Assembly: GCA_965178125.1 (NCBI GenBank)
Contig: OZ237750.1
Coordinates: 620,001 to 684,000, forward strand
Direction of reading: 5' to 3'
Length of the DNA stretch: 64,000 bases
Origin: Bilabrum cf. latius
Taxonomy: Eukaryota
The position numbers and the translations under genes were made by a program. This document shows, one piece after another, positions 1-13,586 of the stretch. The notes under the pieces were generated by a model. That model saw nothing but the letters and a program-made list of their open reading frames with translations. It ran no database searches and had not been told where the DNA came from. Numbering within the stretch: position 1 is the first letter of the stretch; the number at the start of each line of letters is the position of its first letter.

Positions 1-809
1 TGAACCCCCTTTGAGGCAGCCGCTTGGGACGGTGACCGCAGCGGGCTGCGCTGCGCGGCGGCAGATGCGGCTGCGCGACTCGTGCCCCTAGCTTGAGCAT
101 CATCATCGAGATCTTCAGTGTCCAGGTCGGTGGCCGAGGCCTGGTTGCGAAGCATGCTCTCGCCCACGTCCTGCACGGCAGGCACGGCTGGCGAGGACCC
201 TCCGGCATGCGCGCTGCTCGCGCTTCGTGCTTTGGAACCCTGTTTGAGGGAGAATGACTGCGCAGAAGGATTTAATTTATTGCCTTGATGTGCAAGCACG
301 GCCGACTGCAGCATGCTTGGGGGTACTGATTCAGTCTTCTAGGTTTGGCTGTGGTCGTCTTCTGCATCCCCATTGGCTCCACTCGCCGAAAATGATTTCG
401 GAACGCTACCAGGAGCTACATTAATGTCATCAATTGCTGCTTGTCGGAGAATGTGAATTGGTGCCCGCTGGTGTTCCAGATTAGGGCTGCCAAACAGCGG
501 GACCACCTGCTTGGATTCAAATCCGATTTTTTCCGCCTGCTTTTGCGGCGTATCTGATCCTGCACCGAAGGAAATTTCATGATAAGTAGATGATTTTAAG
601 TCTTATATAGAAAATGATCATCAAATTTAGACAATTAACGACCACAAACGGTGCTTACTTGGAGCCACCACTAGGCGAATAGTGCCGGTGAAGTTGCTGA
701 GACGAAGGCACACCTCATCCAGCGATACTCTGGTCTGCAACCCTGATCCACATGAAATATATACATCTAAAGTGTCCCCAGGCGTGTCAATGGTTAGTGG
801 GGCTGACAT
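1..809 (-). CDS. Hypothetical protein, 3' end outside window (exons 809-659, 559-<1)
   Basis: ATG at 809; a GTAAGC..TGCAG intron at 658-560 keeps the frame. The frame is open to the window edge if TAG at 341-339 is sense. Contains KLNPSAQSF, weakly PAM2-like. Confidence 0.55.
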
Positions 810-928
810 TTTCCTCGGTAGTCTGCGATCCAATTTTCGAAGATGTTTAGTCCACGGAGCGAATGTTCGCCAAAGTTCGCCAGGCGAGCCCAGTTCGCTG
901 ATTTCAGATTGCCGCCCAGGTAGCAAGC

Positions 929-3373
929 ATGGCCTCCGTAGCGAAGGCCTCGGCGAGCTTGCTGTCGCTGGCTAAGCGTGATCTACTCTCTGTCGCCCCA
1001 ATGATGGCCTGGACGACCCGTGCTTACCGCTACTTTGTCAGAAGCTGTACGTCGAGAACGAAGTTGTACACCGAGATGTATGTGGCAGACACGATTCACT
1101 ATGCAAATGACAGGCAACTTCGCGAGCTGATGGAGTTTGAAGAAATCCAGAGGCCGCTAGCCCTGCAGCTGGGTGGCTCAGACCCGGACCGCATGCGCCA
1201 GGCGATGCGCCGGGTATTGCCGTTCGAGTACGACGAGTACAATTTGAATTGCGGGTGTCCAAGCGACAAAGTAGCCGGGAAAGGCTGCTTTGGAGCAGCG
1301 CTCATGCTTCGCCCGGAGCTAGTCCGAGATGTGGTGGGGGTCATGGTGGAGGAGGCCCGGAAATGGTCGAACGACGAGGGGAAGCCAATGCCAGAAATCA
1401 CTGTCAAGTGCAGACTCGGCGCAGACGACATGGACACGTACGCCGAATTTCGCAACTTCATCGCGGTGGTCGCAGAGACGGGGGTACGTCACTTCATAGT
1501 GCACGCTCGGAAGTGCTGGCTCAAAGGCCTCGACCCCAAGGCCAACAGGAACGTGCCCCCACTGCGGTACTCTTGGGTGCAGCGCGCCGCGCTGGACTTT
1601 CCCGGGCTGCGAATATCTGTCAATGGAGGAGTGAAGAGCCTCAGGGAGACGGATTTGTTCCTCGGACTGCGCCCTTGCCCTGGCTCCCAGGTGGGGTGCA
1701 CCGACAGAAGCGAGGGCGCTGCCAGCAGTGCCAGTGCCAGTGGGGACGGGACGAGCGAAGGCAAGCGGAGGGATGAGACAACAAGTGCCGGAGCGACGGG
1801 GGCCGGGTCATCGCTGGATCTCTCCATCAAGCCCAGGACGGCAGCAGAAGAGGCAGCCATGGCCATGCTCACCTCCCAGGACTCGGCTGGTGGCACGAGC
1901 GGCACCACGGCGAGGAAGCTCACCAAGCGAGGCGTGCAGGTGAGCAAGGACGGGCTTGGTCCCGATGCAGGCAGCAGGTGGCGTGTAAGGGACGATATTC
2001 AGAGGCTGCACGACGCCCGCGCCGAGTGGAAATCGGCTGACGTCGCCAGACGGCGCGCCGTACACGAAATCCGCGCCAAGGAGGCCGAGGCATGCAGGGC
2101 ACGGGGGGAAGAGCCGCCGTGCCCGCAGGAGCAGGCGGCCAAGGAAGCCAGTGATACCGGCCCCCCGCGTGCCAGTGACCCGTCGTTGCCACCGCCAAGA
2201 CTGCAACCCGGGGAGGCCCCTCTCACGGTTCCCGAGCCTGTCCCCGTGGAGGGCGAGGTGCCTCTGTGGTTCGACCGAGAGCGCGCGGAGGTCTCCAGCG
2301 AGTCGGCATTCTCGGCTGAATCTGCTACCGCTGGATCGGGGGCAGACGGTAGCGCAGGAGGTGCCCTGATCGACAGCGTGATGATCGGCAGGCAGGCATA
2401 CTACAGCCTGTGGATGCTGGCCGATGCTGACAGGAGGTACTGGGGGGCCAAGAACCGGGGCCTTTCTCGACGGGAGGCCGTCCTTTGGTACGCCCGCACC
2501 TACATCGTGGCGCGGCTGCAGAGGGCTGCCGCAGACCGCCACGGCATGGATTTTGAGACTGCATTTCGCCGGGAGGAGGAGGACGCCGTGCTTGAGGCCG
2601 CGCAGGAGGAGGGCTACAGAATACACAAGAAGGCGACTGGAACGGACGACAGTGGCGGTGACGGCGGCGAGGCTGATATCAAGGAGGTCGACAAGGCAGC
2701 AGCGGGTGCAGCCGACGCACCCGATAGCAAAGAGGCCGGCATAGCGGCGGATCCAGGGGACGGCAGGGAGGGAGCGGCTCGCCGCCCCAAAGGGAAGAAA
2801 ACAGCGGCAGAGAAGAAGTGGCTTCGGCGGTACGGCAACAACAAGGTAGGGTGCGACTGCCACGGGCTGCTGAGTCCGATCAACTGCATCATGTTTGGGG
2901 TATATGGCGCCAGCAGGTTCAAGAAGAGGCTGCAGGCCATGGCGATGGCATGGAAGGACTTGGACTACAGGCGCGTGCTGGCGTGGCTGCCGGCCGATGC
3001 GGGTGCCCCGCTCGCTACTGGGGCGAGTTCCGAAGCTGTCGCTGGTGGCGATGCTGCGGGAGCTGGCACAGCTTTCGATTTCAGCAGGGAGGACTTTCCC
3101 GAGTTCGACCCGGTCAAGGAACTCGCCAGGGAGCTGGACGCGATGCTGCCCTACTAGCTGGACGAGAAACCCCCTTCGTCGCACGAAGACCTGCCGCCAT
3201 TGGGCTGGGAGGGTGACCCGCCCCGGATTACCATGGAAATGAAAGCTGCGATTGCGGCGAGAAGGGAGGTGAGGCTGGCGGCAGAAGCGCGTGCCAAGGC
3301 GGCTGAAGAAGGCCATGCTGGCTCATGTGTTGCCGCTGGTAGGAGTGGTGCGGCGGAGCCTCGTATCGGTTGA
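929..3373 (+). CDS. dusA: tRNA-dihydrouridine synthase, DusA-like, with large low-complexity insertions
   Basis: Motifs SVAPMM, LYTEM, LQLGGSDP, NLNCGCPS, GCFGAALM, TVKCRLG, FIVHARK, NRNVPPLRY, NGGV, VMIGR. Reads through TAG at 3155 to TGA at 3371. Confidence 0.9.
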
Positions 3374-3437
3374 CCGCCAAACCCTGACGCTTTAAAGCGC
3401 ACACAAATGGTCAAATTCGTAGAAATCGTTGCGCTTA

Positions 3438-6400
3438 TTAGTCTTGTAGCAGGAGCACCTCGCAGCCCTGCCCATTCACAGCCAGCAGGTGCAGGTCTGT
3501 GGCTCCGTCGACACCCGACCGCAAAGCCGTCCCGCCGACATCCCCCACCTGCAACTCAATGACTTGCTTCAGCTGCATGCCCGCCTCAGCCGCAGCAGCT
3601 TCAGTAGCGCACGGCTCCTCATCAAGCTCGATGGGCCTGGGCCCTAGGCCCGCCTCGATCAGTGAGGCCAGCTCGTGCGCTGGCGAGACACCAACACCGA
3701 CCTCGGGTCTGCCAGACGCAGAGCTGGCACCTTCCACTTCAAGCTTTTTGGCTCCCCAGCCCGGGGCCAGCTCCCACACCAAGGCCCGCGAGTCTACGCC
3801 GACCGAAACCGCCTTGCTTGTACCCATGAAGTGCACCCCGCGCAGAGCAGCAAAGGACGCGCCCGGCACGCGAGCCGACCTCACCACGCACAGCTAGTAC
3901 CGGTGCGACTTGGCTGCCATGCTAAGCTGCAGCCTGCAAATGCACTCGTCATCTCCAGCGGTTATCACTTGGAACGACGTGGTGCCGTCCTCAGCTTGAC
4001 CTTGTAGCCTCACATCGAGCGCATTGACGCCCGCATCGTGGGCCTGCACCGAGCCGAGCAAGTGAACGGAGGCACCAAAGGCAGCACCATCAGACGCCTC
4101 GCTGCCAGGCTCCGATATCGCAACTCTGAGGACAAACAGCACGCCGCTAGTTCCGCCGCACATCACGATAAACTCCCTGCCTGCAGCAGTCGCAGCCGTG
4201 CGGAGGGCCTTGACTGACAGCAGCGGCTGCCCGAGATCCACTGAACACAGCAGAGTCAGACCGGGATACTCCTGGGGTGCTGATCCGCCGAATGGACCGC
4301 ATTGAAACACCATGAGCTGCCCGCTGGTGCAGGCTGCAAACCCAATGGCCGCCTGAGCCGCAGCAGCACCTCCTGCTGTAGGGCTCAAGGCGAGGGGCAC
4401 AAGATCGGCGCATGTGATTCTCTGATCAGCGATCTCCACGGCGTCCTCGTCTGTACCGCTGTCCAATGCTTCTGATGCAGCGGCTTCACTCTCAGGCTCT
4501 AGCCTTGTGGAGGGTGCCGTCGCGTCGTCGATGGACAGCAGCTGTGTCGGAGTCCCAACCAGGCGGTGGCCAGCGAGGAATTCCGGCAGAACCACTGGCA
4601 CCTGTGAGCCTTCTTCTGCCTTTCCCGCCGATCCAGACTCGATGTCTAATCCCGCCTCAACACTGGAGGATTTCTGATCCCGAGTCAGTGCCCACAGCAC
4701 TACCTCTTTAGCAGCGCCACACGACACCATCAGGCCTAGAGGCTAGGTGCATGAGCTACCAGAGAGCCCCTCTAGATGGCAGGAAGCCACGGCGCGGGGG
4801 GAGCCGGTGTGGCCCAGCAAGCTCGCAATGTGCTGGAGTGCCACGGAGCCAGAACCCATGCTTGAGCTCACAACAGCACGCTTCACCATCACCTGCATGT
4901 CCTCTCCAACAGTACAAAGCAAGGAACCATCGAACCCATCCGCATCAAGGAACGCAGCATGAAGCCCTGCCCTGTCGTGCGACGGGCACCCCAGCACAGC
5001 CGGTCCAACGAGAGGGAGTGCGTCTCTGAGATCGGATTCACCGGATCGCTCCAAGGTTCTGGGGATGCCCCCGATACTATGGGCCTTGCAGCGCATTCTA
5101 GCGTACCGAAGTCCGCGGAACAGGGGAACGGGCTTAACCTTCTTGCCCTGCTTCTTCTTCGCCTTACTGGTGCTGCGCTCGAGAGTCCCCGCTTCACTTG
5201 GGGCTGATGCAGACTCTGCAGAGTCACCGACCTACTCAGCTTTGCTGCTTGGTTTCGGAGCATTGAGCTGCTTCAAGGCCAACAGCAAATCCGCATCAGT
5301 CTTTGTTCTTCCGTCTTCAGGTCCAAGCAAGGCCTCAACTGCGCTCAGCCCCTTCTGCCCCTCGCAGTGTGCGATGCCCGAAGCGGCCGACAGGACGGAT
5401 CGAGAGGCAGGCCCGTCTACGTGCTGAGCATAGAATGACAAGGCTGGGTCAATCGGCTGGCTCGCTCTCCCGATGTGAAAGTCTCCGCCCAGGCCTGCCC
5501 TGAAGCTCCCAAAGGATGCAGTCTCGGGCACCCCGCTCGCGTGCACCCGCAGGAAGCGAGCCTCGACCTTGGCCTTCCCGACCATGAGCGATGCTTCCTG
5601 TGTCTGATGCAGCTGGGTGGGCAGATCGGCAGCCCACGGCTCAAACGTGCCATCCGCTAGTGAAGCGCTCCCGGAATATGTCAGGTCAGTGGCTCGCCTC
5701 AGCTACACAAAGGCGCGAGGGTAATCGCTGCGAATCACGGATGGGTGCCAAGGGACTCGAGAGCTCTCGAGAGCGAACGCGACCGTGTTGACCTTGAATC
5801 GCTCGGTGGCCTCCAGCGCAACAGCTGCGGAGTGGCTCTTTTTCGCACCTTTTGCTGCGGGAGGGCCATCACTGGCACCGGCCCCGGACAACGCCTCCCT
5901 GGCCTTGATCTGCCGCCTCGACACGCCTTGCCTGCGCTGGGCCCGGCGAGACAAAGACGACATATCCCGCCCTTCCTTTTGGTCCCTGTCGCCGTACCCT
6001 TGCCACGGCAAAATTAAAGCGTCCTGAGGTCCATTGCCGTTGAATTCGGAGCTTAAATCCATCAGGGACCAGCTCAAAATATGGGCACTGCTCTGTCCGG
6101 TGCCAGGCACGCTGCCGCTCGAACCGCTTCCTGTGACAGCCGATTCGTCAGACATTGGGACACTGGGGCCCATGGAATCGGCACTAAATGATCTATCACC
6201 GGTCCCATCAATGTTCTCCCAAGTCCCCCTCGCCACCAGCACGGTCACCCTGCTCTCGGACATGAACATGTGTGCTGTGTCACCGACGCATCGAAGACGA
6301 ATCAGCGAAGCGTCCTTTCTGCGCAGGCGCAGCACCGCCGCTGGCGGGACTACGCCGGCAAGGGCCGACTGCCTAGTTCCACGGGAACGCATGCTGCTAT

Positions 6401-9024
6401 ACGCTTCCACCAAGACGGATTTCCCCCGCATTTCACCGGCTGGCACTCCGATGCACGACCCGTTGCTGGCGTGCTCCAACGGCAGCTCGTGCTGCTCGAT
6501 CCCCAAAGCTCTAAAAGGCAGCAGCACAGCGCAGTACGACTTGCCCAGCACGCACAACGCAACCTTCCCGCCGTCCATACTCGTCATATCTCTAGGCTCT
6601 TGACCTGCCTGGATGAGGTGCGTGCCTTGCAACAGCAGCCGGCTCGAGGGACCACCCGTTGGTGACACACCGGACTGCAGCGCGGTAAACGTCGACACGA
6701 TACCGCCGGGCATGTACGTGACAAACTGGAAGGATGACGCAGACTCCTCGTCGCTGCAGCCAGGGACATCCTAGCGGAGGTCGGACGGGAGGTTCTCCAC
6801 ACGGACGTTCCCGCGCTGCATGCCGAGGCGACAGGCAGCCACAGGCACGACGCACGCTTCTCCTCTCGCGGTGCCAGGCGCTGTCGACACGACACGAATC
6901 TTGCCTGTGACCAAGCCACTCGCCTTTGCTGCCGATGATGCCGCCCTAATGGCATCCAACGTCACGCCGTGCATGCGAAACACGTGCAGCGTGAGCATGG
7001 TGGTAACCACAGCAAAGTAGCCGCGGTCCTTGTCCACGGCCATTGAAGCTACCTGCGTGCGACTGCGGAGTGCCTCTGCAGCGGCGCTTAGGCCACTGCT
7101 GCTGCCGCTGCCACTGCTTAAGTCACTCGGTGCGGGGGCAGCCGATGACGAGGCCGCACCACTTGCAGGGCCAGGAACAAGCTCAGCCACCTGCTCCAGC
7201 ACGTCCTCAATGGATACCAGCTCGACGGGAGGTAGCTCACCAAATATTTTCTCGTGCACCATACTTCGCCTTGAATCCGGCCCAGCTGCATCAATATCAC
7301 CCTCTGGCAAGCTTGCCATGCCGAAAATCCCGTTGATTGAGGTTGCGCATATGGCACTGCTCCCACCGTGCAGCAAGGACACATCCACCGCACAGCCACC
7401 CCCCTATCGCTGCACAAGCTCCAACAGCGTCTGCACAGCAGCCTCACCAACATGCGAGCTCGCCTCACCTCTGAATGATTCATCAACAGAATTTCTGGCA
7501 GACTGCAGCGCAGCCGCCACTCTGTGCGGAATGAGAGCCGTGCCCTCTGGCATGCCGGGCTGCAGTCCGGTTCCCCGATTCTGCTCGTGTGCCACCCACG
7601 CACGCGTCATGAGTCCCCTCACCGTGCCATCACCGCCACCAGTCCACACCACCTCTTCTCCGGCGGGATTGTTCCCCACGCTGAGGCACCACCCGCCGTT
7701 GCACGAGTGCATGGGCGTCCTGCCCATCAGCTTGCCGGTGCTAGGACACGACAGCACGAGCTGCCCATCGCATCCCATCGACAGAAGCCCCCTATCTGAC
7801 AGGCCAACCTTCCAAACTCTATCACCGTGCGCGAACCTCTTCCAAGCACTGCCTACTGTGGCCACCCCGTCAGCTGCAGCAGAGCCAGACTCTGCCTCGC
7901 GCAGAGAGTGCACCTCCCACATGCGCAGCTCTCTCGCATCTCCGCCTCCCGCAACTCGCAATGTGCCCAGCTCAGCAGCAGAATCTGTCAGACCACCAGC
8001 TCTACTGCTAGCGGTTCTGCCGCTGCTGCTACCGTGCGCAAACCAAGCAACCACATCTCGGACGGGACCGTTGTGGCCGACCAAGACGGCGACATCCCTC
8101 ATGACGGTGTGACGAGTGGGCGAGGGCCGGCTGATACAAGATGCAGAAAGGCTAGTTTCCGTTTCGTCGGACGCGCCTGCAGGTTTGTTTCCCTGCAAGT
8201 CCCCTGCCCCTCCTCCGCTTGGGGAGAGGGACTCACCCGACCCCTCGGGGCCGAGGTGCAGGTCAACCACCCGCACGGTGATGGGGCCAAGATAGGAGCA
8301 GGCGCAGCTGATCACTTGCACGGGAGCGCTTGGTCTTGCCGCTGGCTGCAGCAGGAGTCTATGTGCTGATAAGGTGAGTGCCTGCCTGTCGGCGGGGACC
8401 GCGGCTGTACCCCACTCCAGGCCGATGCTGCCTGGGCTCGACACCGACGCGGGCTGCCACACTGCAGCCAGCGATAGGACTGGGCCATGGTTCAGAGCAA
8501 GGGCAATTGCGATTCGATGACGCCTAGAGTCGCCAGTCGGCTCGGCGGGTCCCTACTGGAGCACCTGGATGGAAGAGACCGTGTCCCCCACTAAAATGCA
8601 GCGCTCAACAACGGCTGACTTAAGCGGAACAAGCCGAGGTCCAGGACCGGTGGAGCACTTTGCCAGTACCGCCAGTACATTGAGGAACGCGATGGCATGC
8701 AACGTCCTTACTGCTACCAAAGCGCTGCCATCTGCCATGCTCAAAATCTTCACTCCCATCGCAACACCTCTGAGTGCTTTGGGCAATCGGATACGAGCAA
8801 TCTGCTCGCCGGTAATTGCATTACCCAGGCATACTTCGCGCCCTCTTGCTGCGGTTCCAGTTGGCACATATCAATCAAGTCAAAACATGGGCACGAAAAC
8901 TGTATCCCAGACTACATCCGCATGCCATCGATTGCTCACCATACGCGACAACGCTACCGCAGGAGCTGACATCGACAGATATGATTGGCCCTGCGTACCC
9001 TGCTGGTACAACATGCGTATCCAT
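3438..9024 (-). CDS. WDR6: WDR6/Trm734-like WD40 protein (partner of tRNA 2'-O-methyltransferase Trm7/FTSJ1), about 1,830 aa; exons 9024-8940, 8848-3438
   Basis: Eight track ORFs in one frame are joined by TAGs at 8553, 7404, 6771, 5703, 5232, 4743 and 3894, ending in TAA TAA. WD motifs HGDRVWKV, TGGGDGTVR, TVGEDMQV, AHDAGVNAL, TAGDDE, SVGVDSR and the C-terminal GQGCEV follow the WDR6 order. Confidence 0.7.
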
Positions 9025-9176
9025 GCTGAATTTGCTCCTTTCTTGTTCCTGCTGGATTGCGGAACCGACAATTAAAAACGAACGTTCCGTGCTCATGCCG
9101 AGATGCGCGGCGCCGGGATTCCGCAATAAATGGCCTATCCTAACCATTCATCACCGCACCAGTAGTATCTGCAGCC

Positions 9177-11204
9177 ATGATGCGCGTAAATCGAGCCGTA
9201 AGACAGCTAACGGTGCGCGGAAGCGCGCAATATTGCCAAAGATATGCCTCAGCGGCAGCAGCGGCGGCAGCAAGCCTTCCGGCTTCGGATCGAGGCATCG
9301 GCATCCTTGGGATGGAGTACTACGGTAAGCTGAACCCAATGGTCAACATTTTACTGATATTTTATTTTCTGATCTGTGTTTTGTGGGGTTCTTGTGCCTT
9401 CTGAGGGGTTCATAGAGATGTGGCATTCAACTGAGAATTGGATGCTGCACAGGTGGATTGCACTTAGAACGCCTCAGATTACGGGGCATACGGACCGAAA
9501 ATGTACCAAAGTGCATCAAGTAGCTATGATAAATGCATCTTACGGGCCAGCTAAGCCGTGCATGCTTGCAAGCCGATTATTTGGCGACTGCGAGACGTTT
9601 CTCCGCTGCAGTGCAAGCTGGAGCGGATGACGCGCCGTGCTGCTTTGGGTGTGCTGCTGGCTGACTTTGCACTCGCCGTGCGCGGTATTGCTGAAATCGA
9701 ATTTATGACTTCGGGGTATGGCGGATTATCTTCTCAATTTTTGAGAAGTGCAGCCCGCTCAGCAGGCTGGATTCAGCTGCCTGCCGTTGCTCGCGAACTC
9801 GCCCAATCACCGCTGTGTTTCGTTTTCGTTTGCCTTCTGCGCTTCGCAGTGCCCAGTCGGTATGTGTCCCAGTCTTCTCTCGAGAAGGCAGACGGCGTAG
9901 GGGAAGGCAAGTACACCATCGGCCTCGGCCAGACCAACATGGCGTTTTGCTCTGACCGCGAAGACATCAACTCTGTGATGCTCAACGCCGTCGATAGGCT
10001 CCTGACCAGCTACGATATTGATCCACGCGACGTAGGCCGTCTTGAGGTGGGGACAGAGTCCCTAGTTGACAAGAGCAAGAGCACCAAGACGACGCTCATG
10101 CGCCTGTTCGGAGACAACACAAACATCGAGGGCGTCACGCAGATCAACGCCTGCTACGGAGGCACGCAGGCGCTTCTTGATTCATTGTCTTGGTGCCAGA
10201 GCCTCGACTGGGACGGACGGTACGCCATCGTCGTCTGCGGCGACATCGCGGTGTACGCGCCCGGACCGGCTCGCCCCACCGGTGGAGCCGGTGCGGTCGC
10301 CATGCTGATCGGCCCTGACGCCCCTCTCAAGCCCGTGTCCGGCGGCCGCACCACATTTTGCGGCGATTTCTACGACTTCTACAAGCCGAGCATGGGCAGC
10401 GAGTACCCACTGGTTGACGGCGCCCTCTCCCAGGTGGCCTACATCCAGGCCGTGGACTCGTGCTACCAGGGAACAGTGGGCAAGCTGGAGCGCATCGACG
10501 GGCGAGACTACCACACCGTGCGCACCGCCGTGAACCACATGGCCTTCCACGCCCCGTACAACAAGCTCGTGCAGCAGTCCCTCCGTCGCCTGGTATTCAA
10601 CGACGCCGTACGGGCGGCGGCCAAGGGGGAGAGCCGGGCAGAGTTCGCATCCCTCGCTCAGTGGGTGGACCCCTACGTGAACGCAGGGAACAAGGAGGCC
10701 AAGGACGCCGCCTACAGCGCCACCCTGGCCGACCGCAACCTCGACAAGGCCCTGCAGAAGCTCCAGGGAACAATGTACGAGGACCTCACCGCGGTGTCTG
10801 ACAAGCTGCCCAAGCACATCGGCAACAGCTACACGGCCTCGCTGTACGCTGGTCTGGCGTCCGTGGTGGATTCCCGCGGGGCGGGTCTAGTCGACGAGCG
10901 TGTGGGCATGTTCTCGTACGGCTCCGGATCCATTGCGACCATGTTCGCGCTGGAGGGGAGCGAGACGAGCACCGGTACCTTTTCGCTTGACCGCATGCAG
11001 AGGGTGCTCGACCTGGACGCTCGGCTGGGGGCCCGTCGCGCCGTGAAGGTGGACGAGTACCTCGAGTCGATGGAGCAGCGAGCGCAGACCTACGGGACGT
11101 CGTCGATGGAGCCGCTGGGGCGCGTGGAGGACGTGCCCAAGGGCTCCTTCTACCTCGCTGGCGTGAACGAGCAGTTCCACCGCGAGTACCGCCGCCGCGA
11201 GTGA
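9177..11204 (+). CDS. HMGS: Hydroxymethylglutaryl-CoA synthase; exons 9177-9324, 9850-11204
   Basis: GILGMEYY|VPSRYVSQ across a 525-nt GT-AG intron; motifs GKYTIGLGQ, VGTESLVDKSKS, catalytic NACYGGT, ARPTGGAGAVAML, FHAPYNKLVQ, GNSYTASLY, FSYGSG; TGA stop. Confidence 0.95.
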
Positions 11205-11936
11205 TCGATCGATTGCAATCCACCCGACGGTTGATGGTGGACTCCTCATGTAGGCCGGCGCTTTGCGGCCGGAAGCTGCCGCCCCTGCCTACCGTCCTCG
11301 CACGCTCTTCCAGGCCTGATCCCACGTAACTGTGCGTCCGTACTTTCGTGCGGGTGTCATGGTGCGTTGGATCGGGCCGGAAGAGCAAGAGGCGCGGCGT
11401 GCATGGGTGGCCCTCGCGCTTCCGAGTGGCCCGCAAACGTGCCCGCCACACTCATGGCTGGCGATGGCGAACCGACGGACGGGGCGCCAGCTCTGAGATT
11501 TTCTCTAGTTTTAGTGTATTTTTCTTTGGTTGATTGGATTGAGGACGGCTCGGGATGGTCCCGAGCTGTCCGGCTTGTATGTTTGCTGGTCCTTGCCACG
11601 GTACGCGTGATCGCTGGCGGTGGCAGGGACCCTCCCCGCGCGGCAGTCCTGGGAGCATGGCGAGGTCTGCTATTGCATGGACACGGTCATTGTGGCCTTG
11701 TTCGGCAGCAGCCCGCCACCTCTCTCTGCCGTCGCGGTCTGTTCCCGCCCATCGCTCTGCGTGCTACGTCTGGAGCCGCAGTCGATGGGACCGGGGTGTG
11801 GCCTTATTGTTGGCCGAGTGAATTGGGACGCGGAACATAGATTTCGTATTCTCAGCACTGTGTGCACTGTGTGCAAGCAGAATAGAGTTCGGCTGGCAGC
11901 AACATCTAAGCACGACAGTCACCGCAGCGATGTCCG

Positions 11937-13586
11937 TCACACACCAGCCTCCCCCGCATGCGCCACGCTCGATCTCCTGTGGGCCTCTGTCTCATGCCCT
12001 GCCTCCTCCACGGGAGTACCCGCCCCGCCCTCGGCAGACTCTTCCTCGCTAGCAAACGCGCGAACGGACGCACCGTACTCGGACGCAGTGGTCGGAGTGA
12101 GGCCACCGGACCCAGCACCCGACCCGGGCCCCGCCCCAGCGCGGGTGCTGACTCGAAGGGCCTCCAATCGGCTCCCCGACCTAGCGCCACCCACAACCGG
12201 CTGCAAACTGCCGTTCCCGCTGCCAGCGCTCTACCTCTTAAGAGGAGAGCCGGCACGGCGGCCTCCAGACCCCGACCCATTCATCAGCTCCACCCTAACC
12301 GACCCTGATGGCCCTGTCGCACCGACGCCCCGTGATCCCTCCGTGGACTCCCCCACCTCGGGGTCCCTGTGGAACCCCTCCCCGCCTAGCAAGTGGTGCT
12401 GGTCTACAGCAGCACCTGCCCCGGGCAGCGCATCCTCGTGGTCAGCCCTGGAGCCCGATCTTACCTTCTGCTTCTCCTTCTCTTCTTTCTCTGCGGCCTC
12501 CGTCGCCCTCGCCGCCTGCGCCTCAAGTGTCTTTACGTACGCAAATATGACGCCGCCAGTAAGCCCAAACGCCATAAATATAATAGTAGACGGCTTCACT
12601 GCGGCATCAAACACCAGCAGGCCGATGAGGGACAGCGGGATCTTGTTGAGCGCGCCCACCATCGAGTATGTGGTGGCTCCCGTCTCGCCCACGCACCACA
12701 GCGATGCCAGGGACAAAAAGAACCCGACCGATCCGGAGAACAAAACAGCGATCCAGAAGGTAGGCCAGGACATTTGCTCCGCGGAGAGTGCCCCAGGCAG
12801 CTCCCCCATGAGGAGGGAGAGGAGGAAAGAGAGCGGGATGGCCATCGCGTTGTTGTAAAAGGCCTGGTCCTGACGGGACATGTCCTTGAAGTCCGCGGCG
12901 GCGCGCAGGTACAGCACGTAGGTAGCGGTGGTGAAGCAGTTCAACAGCATCCATGCGTATCCAGTCAGTCTGTCGAGGATGCTGTCCTCGTCGGCGCCTT
13001 CCACGCTCGATGGATCGGTGCTGGCAACGTCTCGCAAGTCGGCGAAGCCGGCCAGGATTGCTCCCATGACAAGGATCAACAGGGCACCCAGCAACATAAT
13101 ACCAACGCGCTCGCCGAACAGATACCTGCAAGGGGTTGTTAGGATGCACGTAATACGCGAAGGACTTGGTTGCCGTTGGCACATGCAAGGGTTGGGGACC
13201 GGTCGTTCGTGGACCACGACTCACCATGCGCCTGCCGTGATTCCAATGTTCGTCAAATTTTTGAAAATGGTAACAATAGGCATGGACAATACCCCTAGAG
13301 CCCTGAAGCTTGTGTAAAGCATAGCCACAAAGCATAGATTGACGGGAAGCCATTTCCGTGCGAGATCCCAGTTGGGGTGGTTCAAGTCATGGATCAACCC
13401 CACCCGGAAGCCAATGAGCTATGTTACTACTGCAGCAGTTGACTGCAGCGCGAGCAGCAATATATGCGACTAGAATCCAAGATGCGAGACCAAATGCTTA
13501 TTTGCAAGCGTCATCGAAATGCTGCAGGCGCTATACGCAAGAATTGACGCAACCTGTCTGGCCCATTTGGGCAACAATGTAGGCAT
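11937..13586 (-). CDS. Golgi nucleotide-sugar (GDP-mannose, VRG4/GONST-like) transporter; intron 13224-13126
   Basis: Motifs AYSACSISMTLANK, WLPVN, TIFKNLTNI, GYAWMLLNC, FYNN, TTYSMVGALNKIP. In-frame TAGs at 13470, 13419 and 12231; TGA at 11937. Confidence 0.88.

Noticed and set aside
11205-11936. Possible small gene between HMGS and the sugar transporter
   Set aside because: No motif or consistent codon bias, and a T-rich tract near 11500; best read as convergent 3' UTRs.
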